This document shows positions 63,786-64,000 of a DNA stretch of 64,000 nucleotides, piece after piece. Position numbers and translations under genes: made by a program. Source of the stretch: Mytilus edulis (taxonomy: Eukaryota). Position 1 is the stretch's first letter, and each line of letters begins with the position of its first letter. The stretch is from positions 73,222,001 through 73,286,000 of the forward strand of contig NC_092347.1 of NCBI RefSeq assembly GCF_963676685.1, given 5' to 3'. Under the pieces are notes generated by a model that was given only the letters and a program-made list of their open reading frames with translations, was not told where the DNA came from and did no database searches.

Positions 63786-64000
63786 CCACAACAATAAACA
63801 GGGAACAAGCTTAGTCAGAAAAAAGTAAACAAATGACGCTGACAATTAAAAAGTATTCTCTCACGACTTATTTTGCTTCACTCCCACACAATAATACATA
63901 CTATAAAAGTATAAACACCGCCTACTCTACATCAACATACAATTATACCAAAGCCCGTGTTTAAATCGATAACAATAATTGTTTCCTTTTACATGAAATG

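Overview
AT-rich (roughly 30% GC by eye), repeat-dense animal genomic DNA with spliceosomal introns. The repeat families (Penelope-like retroelements, type I hammerhead retrozyme remnants, pearl/MgE-like Helentron derivatives) point to a bivalve, probably a Mytilus mussel (inference). Most entries in the ORF track are spurious. Splicing by hand reveals three co-oriented + strand genes for small secreted, mostly alpha-helical proteins. Gene 1 is 684-3719 (241 aa), gene 2 is 42098-46028 (190 aa), and gene 3 starts at 61271 and runs off the window. They share a 4-exon layout (exon 4 of gene 3 is not in the window), a signal peptide and a GFP(N/S)(V/I) motif in exon 3. Genes 1 and 2 also share a C-terminal DYIxxKDT motif, and gene 1 has WRHPCG...ILC. 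These features suggest a divergent cluster of long-chain four-helix (Unpaired/IL-6-like) cytokines, candidate molluscan JAK/STAT ligands; the family call is inference and needs structural confirmation. Gene 2 is preceded by four diverged tandem copies of its own TATA + micro-exon-1 cassette. Genes 1 and 3 have NF-kB-like sites close to their TATA boxes. The rest is a mosaic of Penelope-like (probably Naiad) RT fragments and 3' ends, a Mutator-like element with a 10-bp TSD, Kolobok-like TTAA elements (one splits a PLE ORF that can be rejoined in frame), a non-autonomous Helitron, fold-back MITEs, hammerhead ribozymes and several satellites.
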